Below, piece after piece: positions 52,292 to 61,138 of a stretch of DNA of 64,000 nt. This DNA comes from an uncultured Candidatus Rokubacteria bacterium (lineage in GTDB: Bacteria; Methylomirabilota; Methylomirabilia; Rokubacteriales; CSP1-6): positions 1 through 64,000 of the forward strand of contig CAVVEU010000033.1 of the NCBI GenBank assembly GCA_963747235.1. The letters are read 5' to 3'. How positions within the stretch are numbered: the stretch's first letter is position 1; each line of letters starts with the position of its first letter. The notes under the pieces are model-generated. The model saw only the letters and a list, made by a program, of their open reading frames with translations. It did no database searches and had not been told where the DNA came from. Made by a program: the position numbers and the translations under genes.

Positions 52292-53014
52292 TCAGGACGC
52301 GGGTGGGTCGGGGGTTCCCATCCAGAACGGCGAGGTCTTGCCGATCCGCTCGAGATAGGCCCGGCGCTCCGCGGCGCGGCGTGGATACCACGACGAGAGA
52401 TAGTCGCCGTCCAGCATGTGCCGGCGGCTCTCGGTGCCGAAGAAGCCGACCAGCTCCGTGAGGGAAATGAAGCCTTGCTCCGACCGCGGCTCGAACTGGC
52501 TCCAGCGCCGCGCATGCTCTTCCGACCGGAAGAGGTTCATCCCGGTTCAGAGGTAGTACGATCGCCCGCGCGACGACCCGAACCCGAAGGCGAGATGGCC
52601 GATGATGGAGGGCGGATCCACCCAGGTGACGCGCCCGTCGCGCATCTCTACCGTGACGGGGTCGCCGCAGTCGAGGCACGACGCGTCCACCCGGACGGTC
52701 TCGCCCGGGAACAGCCACGTCGCGGACGTGGCCTCGAACCCGCACTGGGCGAACCAGCGCTGCTCTCCCCGCACCGTGATCCGGTACTGGGTGGGCAGGT
52801 TGTTCAGCGGCGGGAACGAGGCGATGTAATCGGTCTCGGGATGGAGCCAGCCGATCGGGTACGCCTGCATGACGTCGCGCAGCAGGCTCCGTCCTTCCTC
52901 GGCGGCCAGGCCGAGGGCCCGCGCCAGCTCCGCGTAGTGCGGGGCCCGGCCGGTGTCCACCAGAGTTCGCATGATGCGCTGGAACGCTTGATCCATCAGT
53001 TGCGTGTCGGACAT
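52292..53014 (-). CDS. MerB-like organometallic lyase, probable selenoprotein (240 aa; Sec156 from UGA 52549-52547)
   Basis: N-terminal HTH (GRAPHYAELARALG), WFAQCGFE, VRVDASCLDCGDPV, then YYL-TGA-TGMNLFRSEEHARRW in one frame; matches the MerB layout YAWCALD...SHC...FCCHVHFFAS. Confidence 0.82.
52517..52534 (-). promoter_or_regulatory. Putative bacterial SECIS hairpin
   Basis: CTCTTCC-GGTC-GGAAGAG beginning 12 nt 3' of the UGA; extendable by ATG/CAT pairing across a bulge. Confidence 0.75.
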
Positions 53015-53021
53015 GGCTTCT

Positions 53022-53057
53022 CCCCTCACCCTGCCCTCTCCCCTCTGGGGAGAGGGG
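53022..53057. repeat. boxC-like repeat overlapping the RidA 3' end
   Basis: CCCCTCACCCTGCCCTCTCCCC-TCT-GGGGAGAGGG; encodes PLPRGERAG-stop on the minus strand. Confidence 0.9.
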
Positions 53058-53451
53058 GAGGATCGGGCAGCACGGCGATTGCGGAGATCTCGATGAGGGC
53101 GCCCTCGCGGAGGAGGCCCGCGACGATGACGCCGGTGGCGGTCGGGAAGCGGCCCTTGAAGAACTCGCGGCGCACCTCGGCGGTCTTGGCGTAGCTCTCG
53201 GTGGTGGTGACGTACTCCGTGGTCTGCACGATGTGCTCGAAGCCGCCGCCCGCCGCGGCCAGAAGCTTCGCGAACTTCTCGAAGATATAGCGGGTCTGGG
53301 CCGCGATGTCGCCGGGCCCGACGATCTTGCCGCTCTCGTCCCCCGCGGTCATGCCCGAGATGAACAGCAGGTTGCCCGCGCGGACGGCGGGCGAGAACGT
53401 GTAGCGGGCGGGCCAGGGGCTCGGCCCCGTGATCACCTCGTAAGCTGGCAT
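53026..53451 (-). CDS. RidA/YjgF family protein
   Basis: FSPAVRAGNLLFISG, AEVRREFF..FPTATG, LIEISAIA; GAGGAGG RBS before ATG 53451. Confidence 0.9.
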   Translation of the reverse strand: MPAYEVITGPSPWPARYTFSPAVRAGNLLFISGMTAGDESGKIVGPGDIAAQTRYIFEKFAKLLAAAGGGFEHIVQTTEYVTTTESYAKTAEVRREFFKGRFPTATGVIVAGLLREGALIEISAIAVLPDPPPLPRGERAG

Positions 53452-53477
53452 CGCGATCCTCCTCGGGCGTGGGCCCA

Positions 53478-55103
53478 TCACCGCCCCCGCAGCAGGAACC
53501 GCTGGATCTTGCCGGTCTCGGTCTTCGGGAGCTGATCGAGAAACTCGATCTCCCGCGGGTACTGGTGCCGGCCCACGTGGGTCTTCACCACGTCCACGAT
53601 CTCGGTCTCGAGCCCGCGCTGCGCCGCGCAACCCGGCTTGAGGACGACGAAGGCCTTCACGATCTGGCCTCGCAGCGCGTCGGGCTTGCCCACCACCGCG
53701 GCCTCGGCCACCGCCGGGTGCTTCAGGATCGCGCTCTCCACCTCGAAGGGGCCGATGCGGTAGCCCGCGCTCTTGATGACGTCGTCGGCGCGGCCCTCGA
53801 ACCAGAAGTAGCCCTCGGCGTCGCGGCGAGCCAGATCGCCGCAGGTCATCCACTCGCCGCGGTACGTCTCTCGGTCGCGGTCCTCGTCCTTCCAGTAGCC
53901 GAGCGAGTAGTAACCCTCCGGGTCCGGCTTCATCCCGACGTGGCCGACGACGTCCGGCCCCACCTCGCGGCCGGCGTCGTCCACCACCGCGATCTCGCAG
54001 CCGGGCAGCGGCAGGCCCATCGAGCCCGGCTTGACCGTCATCTCCACGGTGGCGAAGTTGCCGATCGGCAGGCCGAACTCGCTCGAGCCGTACTGGTCGC
54101 GCACCGTGACGCCCCAGTGCTCGCGGAAGAAGCGGACGACCTCCGCGTTCAGCGGCTCGCCGCAGCTACTCGCGCTGCGCAGGCGCGACGCCCCGCTGCC
54201 GGCCCCATCGGCGCCGAGCGCCATCACGCCGCGCAGGAGCGTGGGCGTCGTGGCGAGGTTGGTCACCCCCAGCTCGCGCAGCCGCGCGACGCAGAACTCG
54301 GGCGTGGGCGCGGCCTCGTGCGAGAGCACGGGCACGCCCAGGGCGAGGGCACCCATGTAGCAGACCAGCCCGTAGCCCCAGCCGGGATCGCCGGTCGGCC
54401 AGAAGACGTCGTCGGCCAGTAGATCCGCGCCGTGCACGAGATGGGGATGGATCGCGACGAGGAAGTTCGCCGCGATCTTGACGCCCTTGGGCGGCCCGGT
54501 CGAGCCCGACGTGTAGAGCAGCACCGCGGGATCTTCTCGACGGACGTCGGTCAATCGGGCCACCTCGGGCTGCCCGTGCATGATCCGCCAGAAGTCCACG
54601 TCGCCCGGGGCGCCGCCGGCGCCGCCCGCCACCGTGACGACCGTGACCCCGTCCGGCAGCGGCGCGGGCAGCCGCCCGCGCTGCTCCCACTGCGTGACCA
54701 GCACCCGTGCGCCGCTGTGGCGGACCCGGAACTCGATGGCGTCGGGTCCGAAGCCGGTGAAGATCGGCACGTAGACCGCGCCCACCTTCCACGTCCCGAT
54801 CATCGCGATCAGCATCTCGGGAATGCGGGGCAGGAAGCCCGCGACCCGCTCGCCGGGACCCACGCCCAGCTCCCGCAGCACGTTGGCGAACCGGGCGGTC
54901 AGCCGCGCCAGCTCGTCGAACGTGTAGGTCCGCGCCTCCCCGCGCTTGCCGAACCATCGGAGCGCGGCACGGCCGGAGCCGGCGTGGCGGTCCACGATCG
55001 CGCGGCCGAGATTCACCGGCGCGCCCGCCGCTGCGCCCATGGCGCGGGCGCTCTCCTCCCAGCGGAAGGCCTGGCACGCGTCGCGATGGGTCGGGCGGCT
55101 CAT
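53478..55103 (-). CDS. Acyl-CoA synthetase (AMP-forming, short/medium-chain type)
   Basis: YTSGSTGPPKG, DQYGSSE, GRADDVIKSAGYRIGPFEVES, LPKTETGKI. Confidence 0.93.
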   Translation of the reverse strand: MSRPTHRDACQAFRWEESARAMGAAAGAPVNLGRAIVDRHAGSGRAALRWFGKRGEARTYTFDELARLTARFANVLRELGVGPGERVAGFLPRIPEMLIAMIGTWKVGAVYVPIFTGFGPDAIEFRVRHSGARVLVTQWEQRGRLPAPLPDGVTVVTVAGGAGGAPGDVDFWRIMHGQPEVARLTDVRREDPAVLLYTSGSTGPPKGVKIAANFLVAIHPHLVHGADLLADDVFWPTGDPGWGYGLVCYMGALALGVPVLSHEAAPTPEFCVARLRELGVTNLATTPTLLRGVMALGADGAGSGASRLRSASSCGEPLNAEVVRFFREHWGVTVRDQYGSSEFGLPIGNFATVEMTVKPGSMGLPLPGCEIAVVDDAGREVGPDVVGHVGMKPDPEGYYSLGYWKDEDRDRETYRGEWMTCGDLARRDAEGYFWFEGRADDVIKSAGYRIGPFEVESAILKHPAVAEAAVVGKPDALRGQIVKAFVVLKPGCAAQRGLETEIVDVVKTHVGRHQYPREIEFLDQLPKTETGKIQRFLLRGR

Positions 55104-55126
55104 GATCCGGGGTGCGGCCATCGAGA

Positions 55127-55167
55127 ATACCGCACTCGGGGGATACCGCACTGGGGGATACCGCACT
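55127..55167. repeat. Triple direct repeat ATACCGCACT (periods 16 and 15 nt) in a divergent promoter region
   Basis: Copies at 55127, 55143 and 55158. Confidence 0.85.
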
Positions 55168-55234
55168 TGCGCGAAACCGGCGGACGGGATACACCAGTGG
55201 GCGAACGGCACCCCGAGACCAGGAGAGACCGCCC

Positions 55235-56044
55235 ATGAGCGAGACCGTGACGAGCCAGGCCGAGACCCTGCTGATGGAGAAGGACGGCCCGATCGGCTGG
55301 ATCACCTTCAACCAGCCCCACAAGCGCAACGCGGTGAGCCAGGAGATGTGGCAGCGCATGCCGGAGTACGTGCGCGAGCTCTCCGCCGACCCCGCGATCC
55401 GCGTGGTGATCCTGCGCGGGGCGGGCGAGACCGCCTTCGTGGCCGGCGCCGACATCTCCCAGTTCAAGGACCGCCGGCGCAACGCGTCCGACGAGGAAGA
55501 GTACCGGCGCATCTCGGCGGCCGGCTCGGAGTCGCTGACCACGCTCGGCAAGCCCCTGCTCGCCATGATCCACGGCTTCTGCATCGGCGGCGGCGTCGGC
55601 ATCGCGATCACCTGCGACATGCGCATCGCGGCCGACGACGCGCGCTTCGGCATCCCGGCCGCCCGCCTGGGCCTGGGCTATCACTACCGCGGGATGGAGA
55701 AGCTGATGCACCTGATCGGCCCCGCGTACACGAAGGAGCTGTTCTTCACCGCGCGCACCGACTTCAGCGCGCAGGACGCGCTGCGCATGGGGCTGGTGAA
55801 CCAGGTGGTGCCGAAGGCGGACCTCGAGCGCTTCACCCGGGACTACGCGCTGATGATGGCGCGCAATGCCCCGCTCACCCTGCGCTCGGCCAAGACCACG
55901 GTGGAGCAGCTCCTGAAGCCGGCCGCCGACCGCGACCTGGCCATGCTGGACCGGCTGATCACCGACTGCTTCAACAGCCAGGACTACCAGGAGGGCGTGA
56001 AGGCCTTCTCGGAGAAGCGCCGGCCTCAGTTCCAGGGCCGCTGA
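55235..56044 (+). CDS. Enoyl-CoA hydratase/isomerase
   Basis: AFVAGADISQF, GFCIGGG, FGIPAARLGLGY, SQDYQEG. Confidence 0.92.
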   Translation: MSETVTSQAETLLMEKDGPIGWITFNQPHKRNAVSQEMWQRMPEYVRELSADPAIRVVILRGAGETAFVAGADISQFKDRRRNASDEEEYRRISAAGSESLTTLGKPLLAMIHGFCIGGGVGIAITCDMRIAADDARFGIPAARLGLGYHYRGMEKLMHLIGPAYTKELFFTARTDFSAQDALRMGLVNQVVPKADLERFTRDYALMMARNAPLTLRSAKTTVEQLLKPAADRDLAMLDRLITDCFNSQDYQEGVKAFSEKRRPQFQGR

Positions 56045-56058
56045 CCGGACGCGGCGCC

Positions 56059-56580
56059 ATGCTCGTCGAGGCGAAGCTCACCCAGCTCGGCCTGACCCTG
56101 CCCGATCTCGATCAGCACTACCGCGGGAACGCCTCCGGGGCGCGCTTCATCTCGCACCTGGCGGTGGGCAACATGCTGTATCTCTCGGGCACCACGCCGG
56201 TGAAGGACGGCCGGCCGTACCTGCCCGGCATCGTCGGCGCGGAGCTCTCGATCGAGCAGGGCTACGAGGCCGCGCGCTACGCCGCGATCACGAGCCTGTC
56301 CGCCGTCAAGTACGCGCTCGGCGATCTCGACCGCGTGCAGCAGGCGGTGCAGCTCATCGGCTTCGTCAACTCCGCGCCCGGCTTCGGCCAGCAGCCGCGC
56401 GTGATCAACGGCGCCACCGATCTGCTGGTCGAGCTCTACGGCGACCGCGGCAAGCCGACCCGCGCGGCCATCGGCTGCCAGGGCCTCGCCATCAACCACT
56501 CGGTGGAGATCGTGCTCACCGTGCTCTTCACCGGCGAGGACGTCAAACCTCCGCTCGCCCGCGATCACTACGCCTCGTAG
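56059..56580 (+). CDS. RidA/YjgF superfamily protein (Rid1-3 type)
   Basis: LYLSG, GDLDRV, GFVNSAPGF.QQPRVINGATDLL, RAAIG. Confidence 0.85.
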   Translation: MLVEAKLTQLGLTLPDLDQHYRGNASGARFISHLAVGNMLYLSGTTPVKDGRPYLPGIVGAELSIEQGYEAARYAAITSLSAVKYALGDLDRVQQAVQLIGFVNSAPGFGQQPRVINGATDLLVELYGDRGKPTRAAIGCQGLAINHSVEIVLTVLFTGEDVKPPLARDHYAS

Positions 56581-56583
56581 ATC

Positions 56584-58191
56584 GTGACCCTCGTGGGCGG
56601 CGCGACGCGGCCGGCGAGCCGGACCCTCCCCCATCTCCTCGACGAGCTGGCCGCGCGCCAGCCGGATCACGAGCTGATCGTGGGGGCCGGGCAGCGCCTC
56701 AGCTACGCGGAGACGCGGGAGCGGGCGCGGCGGCTCGCCAAGGGGCTCCGGCGCCTCGGCGTCGTCGCGGGGGACCGGGTCGCGCTGATCATGACCAACC
56801 GGCCGGAGTGGCTGCTGATCGACTTCGCGGTGACAATGCTGGGCGCGACGCTGGTGCCGATCAGCACGTGGTCGCGTCCGCGCGAGCTCGAGTACGTGCT
56901 GGCCCACTGCGGCGTCAGCACGCTCATCACGATCCCGCGGCTCGGCGCGCAGCGGTTCCTCGACGCGGTGAGCGAGATGGGGGGCCCGGGCTCGGCCCGC
57001 CTGCCGGACCTCCGCCGCGTGGTCGTCGCGGGCAGCGAGCGCGCGGCGGGGACGATCGCGCTGGACGACCTGGACGCGATGGGTCGCGACGTGCCCGACG
57101 CGGAGATCGACGTCGCGCAGCGAGCGGTGACGCCGGAGGACGTGGCCTGCATCCTCTACACCTCCGGCACCACCTCGACGCCCAAGGGCGTGCAGCTCTG
57201 CCACGGCGGCCTGATCGAGAACATGTGGAACATCGGCGAGCGGCAGCACCTGACCCCGGCCGACCGCATGTGGATGGGCATCTCGCTCTTCTGGAGCTTC
57301 GGCGCCAACGCGCTGGTCGCGGTGATGAGTCACGGCGGCACGCTGGTGCTGCAGGAGCAGCTCGACGCCGGGGAGGCGCTGGCCCTGATCGAGCGCGAGC
57401 GCTGCACGGTGTACTACGGCACGCCGAACATCGCGCTGGCGCTCACCGAGCATCCCGACCGGGCGCGGCGCGATCTGTCATCGCTCCGCACCGGCGCCGC
57501 CATCGGCCCGCCCGCGGCCATGCAGATGGTGATGGACCTGGGCGCGCGCGAGATCTGCAATGTCTACGGGCTCACCGAGTGCTACGGCAACTGCTCGGTG
57601 ACCGACGCGCACGACTCGCCCGAGGTGCGGCTGACCACCGTGGGCTATCCCCTGCCCGGCATGGAGATCCGCGTGGTGGACCGCGAGAGCCGGAAGCCGC
57701 TCCCCGCCGGCGAGGTCGGGGAGATCCTGGTGCGCGGGCTGCTCACGCCCGGCTACTACCGCGATCCCGAGAAGAACGCGGCGTCGTTCGACGCCGACGG
57801 CTTCCTGCTCACCGGCGATCTCGGGTTCATCGGCGACGACGGGCGGCTGCGCTTCCGCGGGCGCATCAAGGAGATGGTCAAGACCGGCGGCATCAACGTG
57901 GCCCCGGTCGAGGTCGAGGAGGTGCTGCTCGGGCATCCGGCCGTCGAGCAGGCCTACGTCGTCGGGCTGCCCGATCCGCGCAAGGAGGAGATCCTGGTCG
58001 CGGTGGTGGTGGCGAGGCCGGGCCACGCCGTCGATCCCGCCGCGCTCCGCGCGCTCTGCCGTGACGCCCTCGCCGCCTACAAGGTCCCGCAGGAGATCCA
58101 CGTGATGGCGCGGGAGCATCTGCCGCTCACGAGCACCGGCAAGGTCCAGAAGTTCAAGCTAGCCGAGCAGCTCGCGGCGGCGCGCCCCTAG
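56584..58191 (+). CDS. AMP-binding acyl-CoA synthetase (long-chain type)
   Basis: YTSGTTSTPKG, YGLTE, TGDLG, GRIKEMVKTGG, TGKVQK. Confidence 0.92.
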   Translation: MTLVGGATRPASRTLPHLLDELAARQPDHELIVGAGQRLSYAETRERARRLAKGLRRLGVVAGDRVALIMTNRPEWLLIDFAVTMLGATLVPISTWSRPRELEYVLAHCGVSTLITIPRLGAQRFLDAVSEMGGPGSARLPDLRRVVVAGSERAAGTIALDDLDAMGRDVPDAEIDVAQRAVTPEDVACILYTSGTTSTPKGVQLCHGGLIENMWNIGERQHLTPADRMWMGISLFWSFGANALVAVMSHGGTLVLQEQLDAGEALALIERERCTVYYGTPNIALALTEHPDRARRDLSSLRTGAAIGPPAAMQMVMDLGAREICNVYGLTECYGNCSVTDAHDSPEVRLTTVGYPLPGMEIRVVDRESRKPLPAGEVGEILVRGLLTPGYYRDPEKNAASFDADGFLLTGDLGFIGDDGRLRFRGRIKEMVKTGGINVAPVEVEEVLLGHPAVEQAYVVGLPDPRKEEILVAVVVARPGHAVDPAALRALCRDALAAYKVPQEIHVMAREHLPLTSTGKVQKFKLAEQLAAARP

Positions 58192-59238
58192 CGAAGCTTG
58201 GCGGCGGCGAGGCGGGGGAAGACGGTGTCGCGGAACGCGGCGATCTCGCGAACCGGCGGCGTGAAGGTCTCGAGCGGCATCAGGTAGAGGTTCTGCACGC
58301 CGAGCTTGGTCAGCTCCGACGATGCGCGCGGCGCAGTCCTCCGCGGTGCCGATCAGCCCCATCGCCTCGCAGAGCTGGGCCACCACCTCGTCGGGCACGA
58401 AGGACGTGGCGGCGATGGCCGCCTCCCAGTCGTGGGCGTGGGAGAGATCGGGGTAGATCTTCCACACCGCGTCCGGGATCGTGAGCGGCGGCAGCTTCAG
58501 GCCCGCGGGCTCGAGCCAGTAGCCGCCCCAGCGCAGGATGCCCCAGTGCACCGAGGTGGGCCGCGCCTGGCGCAAGGCCTCCGCGGTGGTCGGCAGCGCC
58601 GCGGTGCGCACCGCCCAGATGACCTCGAGGTCCTCGACCTTGCGCCCCGCGCGCTTGGCCCCGCGCTCGAGCAGCTCGAGCGCGCGCTGCACGATGCCGC
58701 GATTGCTGCCCACCAGCAGCAGCACGCCGTCGGCGACCTCGCCCGCGACCTCGATGGCCTTGGGCCCGGAGGCGGCCATCAGCACCGGGATGCGGCGGCC
58801 GCCCGCGTAGCCCAGGCGCCCCGCGACCTCGCCGAACCGCGCGCTCTCGCCCGCGAGCAGGGTCTTGATGGTGGCGATGGACTCGCGCATCTCGGCGAGC
58901 GTGGCCGCCTTCCGCCCGATGGTGGTGGCCGAGGTGTAGCCGGTGCCCATCACGAACTTCACCCGGCCCGGCGCCAGCTCCTCCACCGTCTGGATGGCGC
59001 CGGCCAGCACCGAGGCGTGGCGCGTGAACGGGTTGGTGACCGCCGGGAAGAGCTGCATTCGCGAGGTATGGGTCGCGGCCTGGCCGAGCGTGACGAAGGT
59101 GTCGCGCGAGATCATCTGGCTGTCGAGGATGCCGGCGCCGTCGAAGCCCGCCGACTCGATGGACTGGATCAGGCGCATCAGCTCGGGCATGGGCGCGGTG
59201 CCCGGCACCCGGATGTGGACGCGAACCGGCGCGGTCAT
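58188..59238 (-). CDS. LLM class oxidoreductase, Mer/F420-like (frameshift near 58315)
   Basis: GILDSQ..RDTFV, AVTNPFTRH, MAASGPKAIEVAGEVADGV. Confidence 0.87.
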
Positions 59239-59254
59239 GGTGATCTCCTGGTCG

Positions 59255-60010
59255 TCATTCGTAGCGGGGCCGCCGCTTCTCGCGGAACGCGGCCACGCCC
59301 TCCGTGAAGTGCGCGCTGGCCCGCACCTGGTCGCCCAGCTCCTGCTCGAGCGCCTCGCGGCCGCGCGCGTGATCGGCGATGGTCGCGCTGATCTGCCGCT
59401 TCACCGCCTGCACCGCGGACGGGCTGTTGGCCGCGATCGCCTCCGCGGTCTCGAGCGCCCACGCCATCAGGCCCTCGGCGGGGACCACGCGGTTGATCAG
59501 CCCGAGCCGCGCGGCCTCGGCGGCGTCGATCAGCCGCCCGGTGAGCAGCAGGTCCATCGCGTGCACGTGGCCGATCTGCTGCGGGAGCTTGAGCGTGGCG
59601 CCACCGAACGGGTAGATGGACCACTTCACCTCGGGCAGGCCGAAGCGGGCGTGCGGCGCCGCCGCGCGGATGTCGGTGGAGAGCAGGAGCTCCACCCCGC
59701 CGCCCACGCAATCGCCGTTGACCGCGGCCACGATCGGCTTCGTGTACGCGTCCTGCTTGAGCAGCGCGTGGCCCACCACGCGGGCGGTGTCCGGGGAGGC
59801 GCTCAGGTCGCCGCTGATGTCGGCGCCCGCGCAGAAGGCGCGCGCGCCCGCGCCGGTCAGCACGATGGCGCGGCAGCTCCCGCGCTCGAGCTCGTCCCAG
59901 ACGCGCCCCAGGTCCGCCATCATCGCCCGCGACATCGCGTTGAGCCGCGGCTGGTTGTCGATGGTGACGATCACCACGTGCGGGCCGTGCGCCTCGACGC
60001 GGATCTCCAT
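59255..60010 (-). CDS. Enoyl-CoA hydratase/isomerase
   Basis: AFCAGADI, AVNGDCVGGGVE, FGLPEVK. Confidence 0.92.
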   Translation of the reverse strand: MEIRVEAHGPHVVIVTIDNQPRLNAMSRAMMADLGRVWDELERGSCRAIVLTGAGARAFCAGADISGDLSASPDTARVVGHALLKQDAYTKPIVAAVNGDCVGGGVELLLSTDIRAAAPHARFGLPEVKWSIYPFGGATLKLPQQIGHVHAMDLLLTGRLIDAAEAARLGLINRVVPAEGLMAWALETAEAIAANSPSAVQAVKRQISATIADHARGREALEQELGDQVRASAHFTEGVAAFREKRRPRYE

Positions 60011-60017
60011 CGAGGCG

Positions 60018-60995
60018 TCAGCTCCCGAGCGTGACGACGACCTTGCCGAGGGCCTTGCGATCGGTCAGCAGGCGGATCGCCTCCACCGCCCGCTCGAGCG
60101 GCAGCCGGTGGCTCACGTGCGGCTTGAGCTTGCCCGCCGCGTACCAGCCGAGCAGGGCCTGCACGGACGCGCGCAGCTTGTCGGGGGCGTTGAAGCGGTA
60201 GTGGCGCAGCGAGCAGCCGAGCGCCGAGCGGTTCTTGACCAGCAGCCGGTTGGCCGGGATCTGCTGCACGCCGCCCACGAAGCCGACCAGGAGCATGCGC
60301 CCACCCCAGCCGAGCGACGACAGCGCGGCGTCGGCCAGCTCGCCGCCGATCGGGTCGAAGCAGACGTCGGCGCCCCGATCCCCGGTGAGCGCCATCACGC
60401 GCTCGGTGAGGTTCTCGGTCGCGTAGTTGATCCCCTCGTCCGCGCCGTGCTCGCGCGCCACCGCGAGCTTCTCGGCCGTGCTCGCGCCCGCGATCACGCG
60501 CGCGCCCATGGCCTTGCCGATCTCCACCGCGGTGAGCCCGACCCCGCCCGCCGCCCCCAGCACCAGCAGGGTCTCGCCCGCCTCGAGCCGGCCCTGCCAG
60601 CGGATCGCCACGTCGCTCGAGATGTAGGCGATGGGGAACGCGCCCGCCTCGTCGAAGGACATGCCGTCGGGGATCGGGAAGGTCTCCGACTCCTTGGCCA
60701 CCGCCTGCTCGGCGAGCCCGCCCCACGCGAGCGTGGCCATCACGCGGTCGCCCGGCTTGAAGCGGGTCGCGCCCGCCCCGCAGCGCGCCACCACGCCCGC
60801 GGTCTCGAGCCCCGGGCTGAACGGGAAGGGCGGGCGCGTCTGGTACTTGCCCGCCACCATGATGGAGTCCGCGTAGTTCACCGAGGTGGCGCGCACGTCG
60901 ATGAGCACCTCGTCGGCGGCGGGCGCGGGCGGGGCGATCTCCTCCACGGTCAGGCCGTCGATCGGTCCCCACGCACGACAGATCAGGGCGCGCAT
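60018..60995 (-). CDS. NADPH:quinone oxidoreductase (MDR family)
   Basis: VNYAD..GKYQ..PPFPFSPG, LVLGAAGGVG, PANRLLVKN. Confidence 0.92.
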   Translation of the reverse strand: MRALICRAWGPIDGLTVEEIAPPAPAADEVLIDVRATSVNYADSIMVAGKYQTRPPFPFSPGLETAGVVARCGAGATRFKPGDRVMATLAWGGLAEQAVAKESETFPIPDGMSFDEAGAFPIAYISSDVAIRWQGRLEAGETLLVLGAAGGVGLTAVEIGKAMGARVIAGASTAEKLAVAREHGADEGINYATENLTERVMALTGDRGADVCFDPIGGELADAALSSLGWGGRMLLVGFVGGVQQIPANRLLVKNRSALGCSLRHYRFNAPDKLRASVQALLGWYAAGKLKPHVSHRLPLERAVEAIRLLTDRKALGKVVVTLGS

Positions 60996-61138
60996 CGCGG
61001 TGGAGTATAACTCAGCGTGCCACGTGGCGCTGCTCGCCGATCCGCGCGTGCCGCGTGCCCATCTGGGGCCTGATTTACTCGATCGAGACCGTGTATACTG
61101 GGGCCCTCGGTCGCAATGACCGCGAGGAAAGGATCACC

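Noticed and set aside
9669-53057. boxC-like repeats plus a Cas4-like gene as a CRISPR system
   Set aside because: The repeats are dispersed, not regularly spaced with unique spacers, and there is no cas1, cas2 or effector gene.
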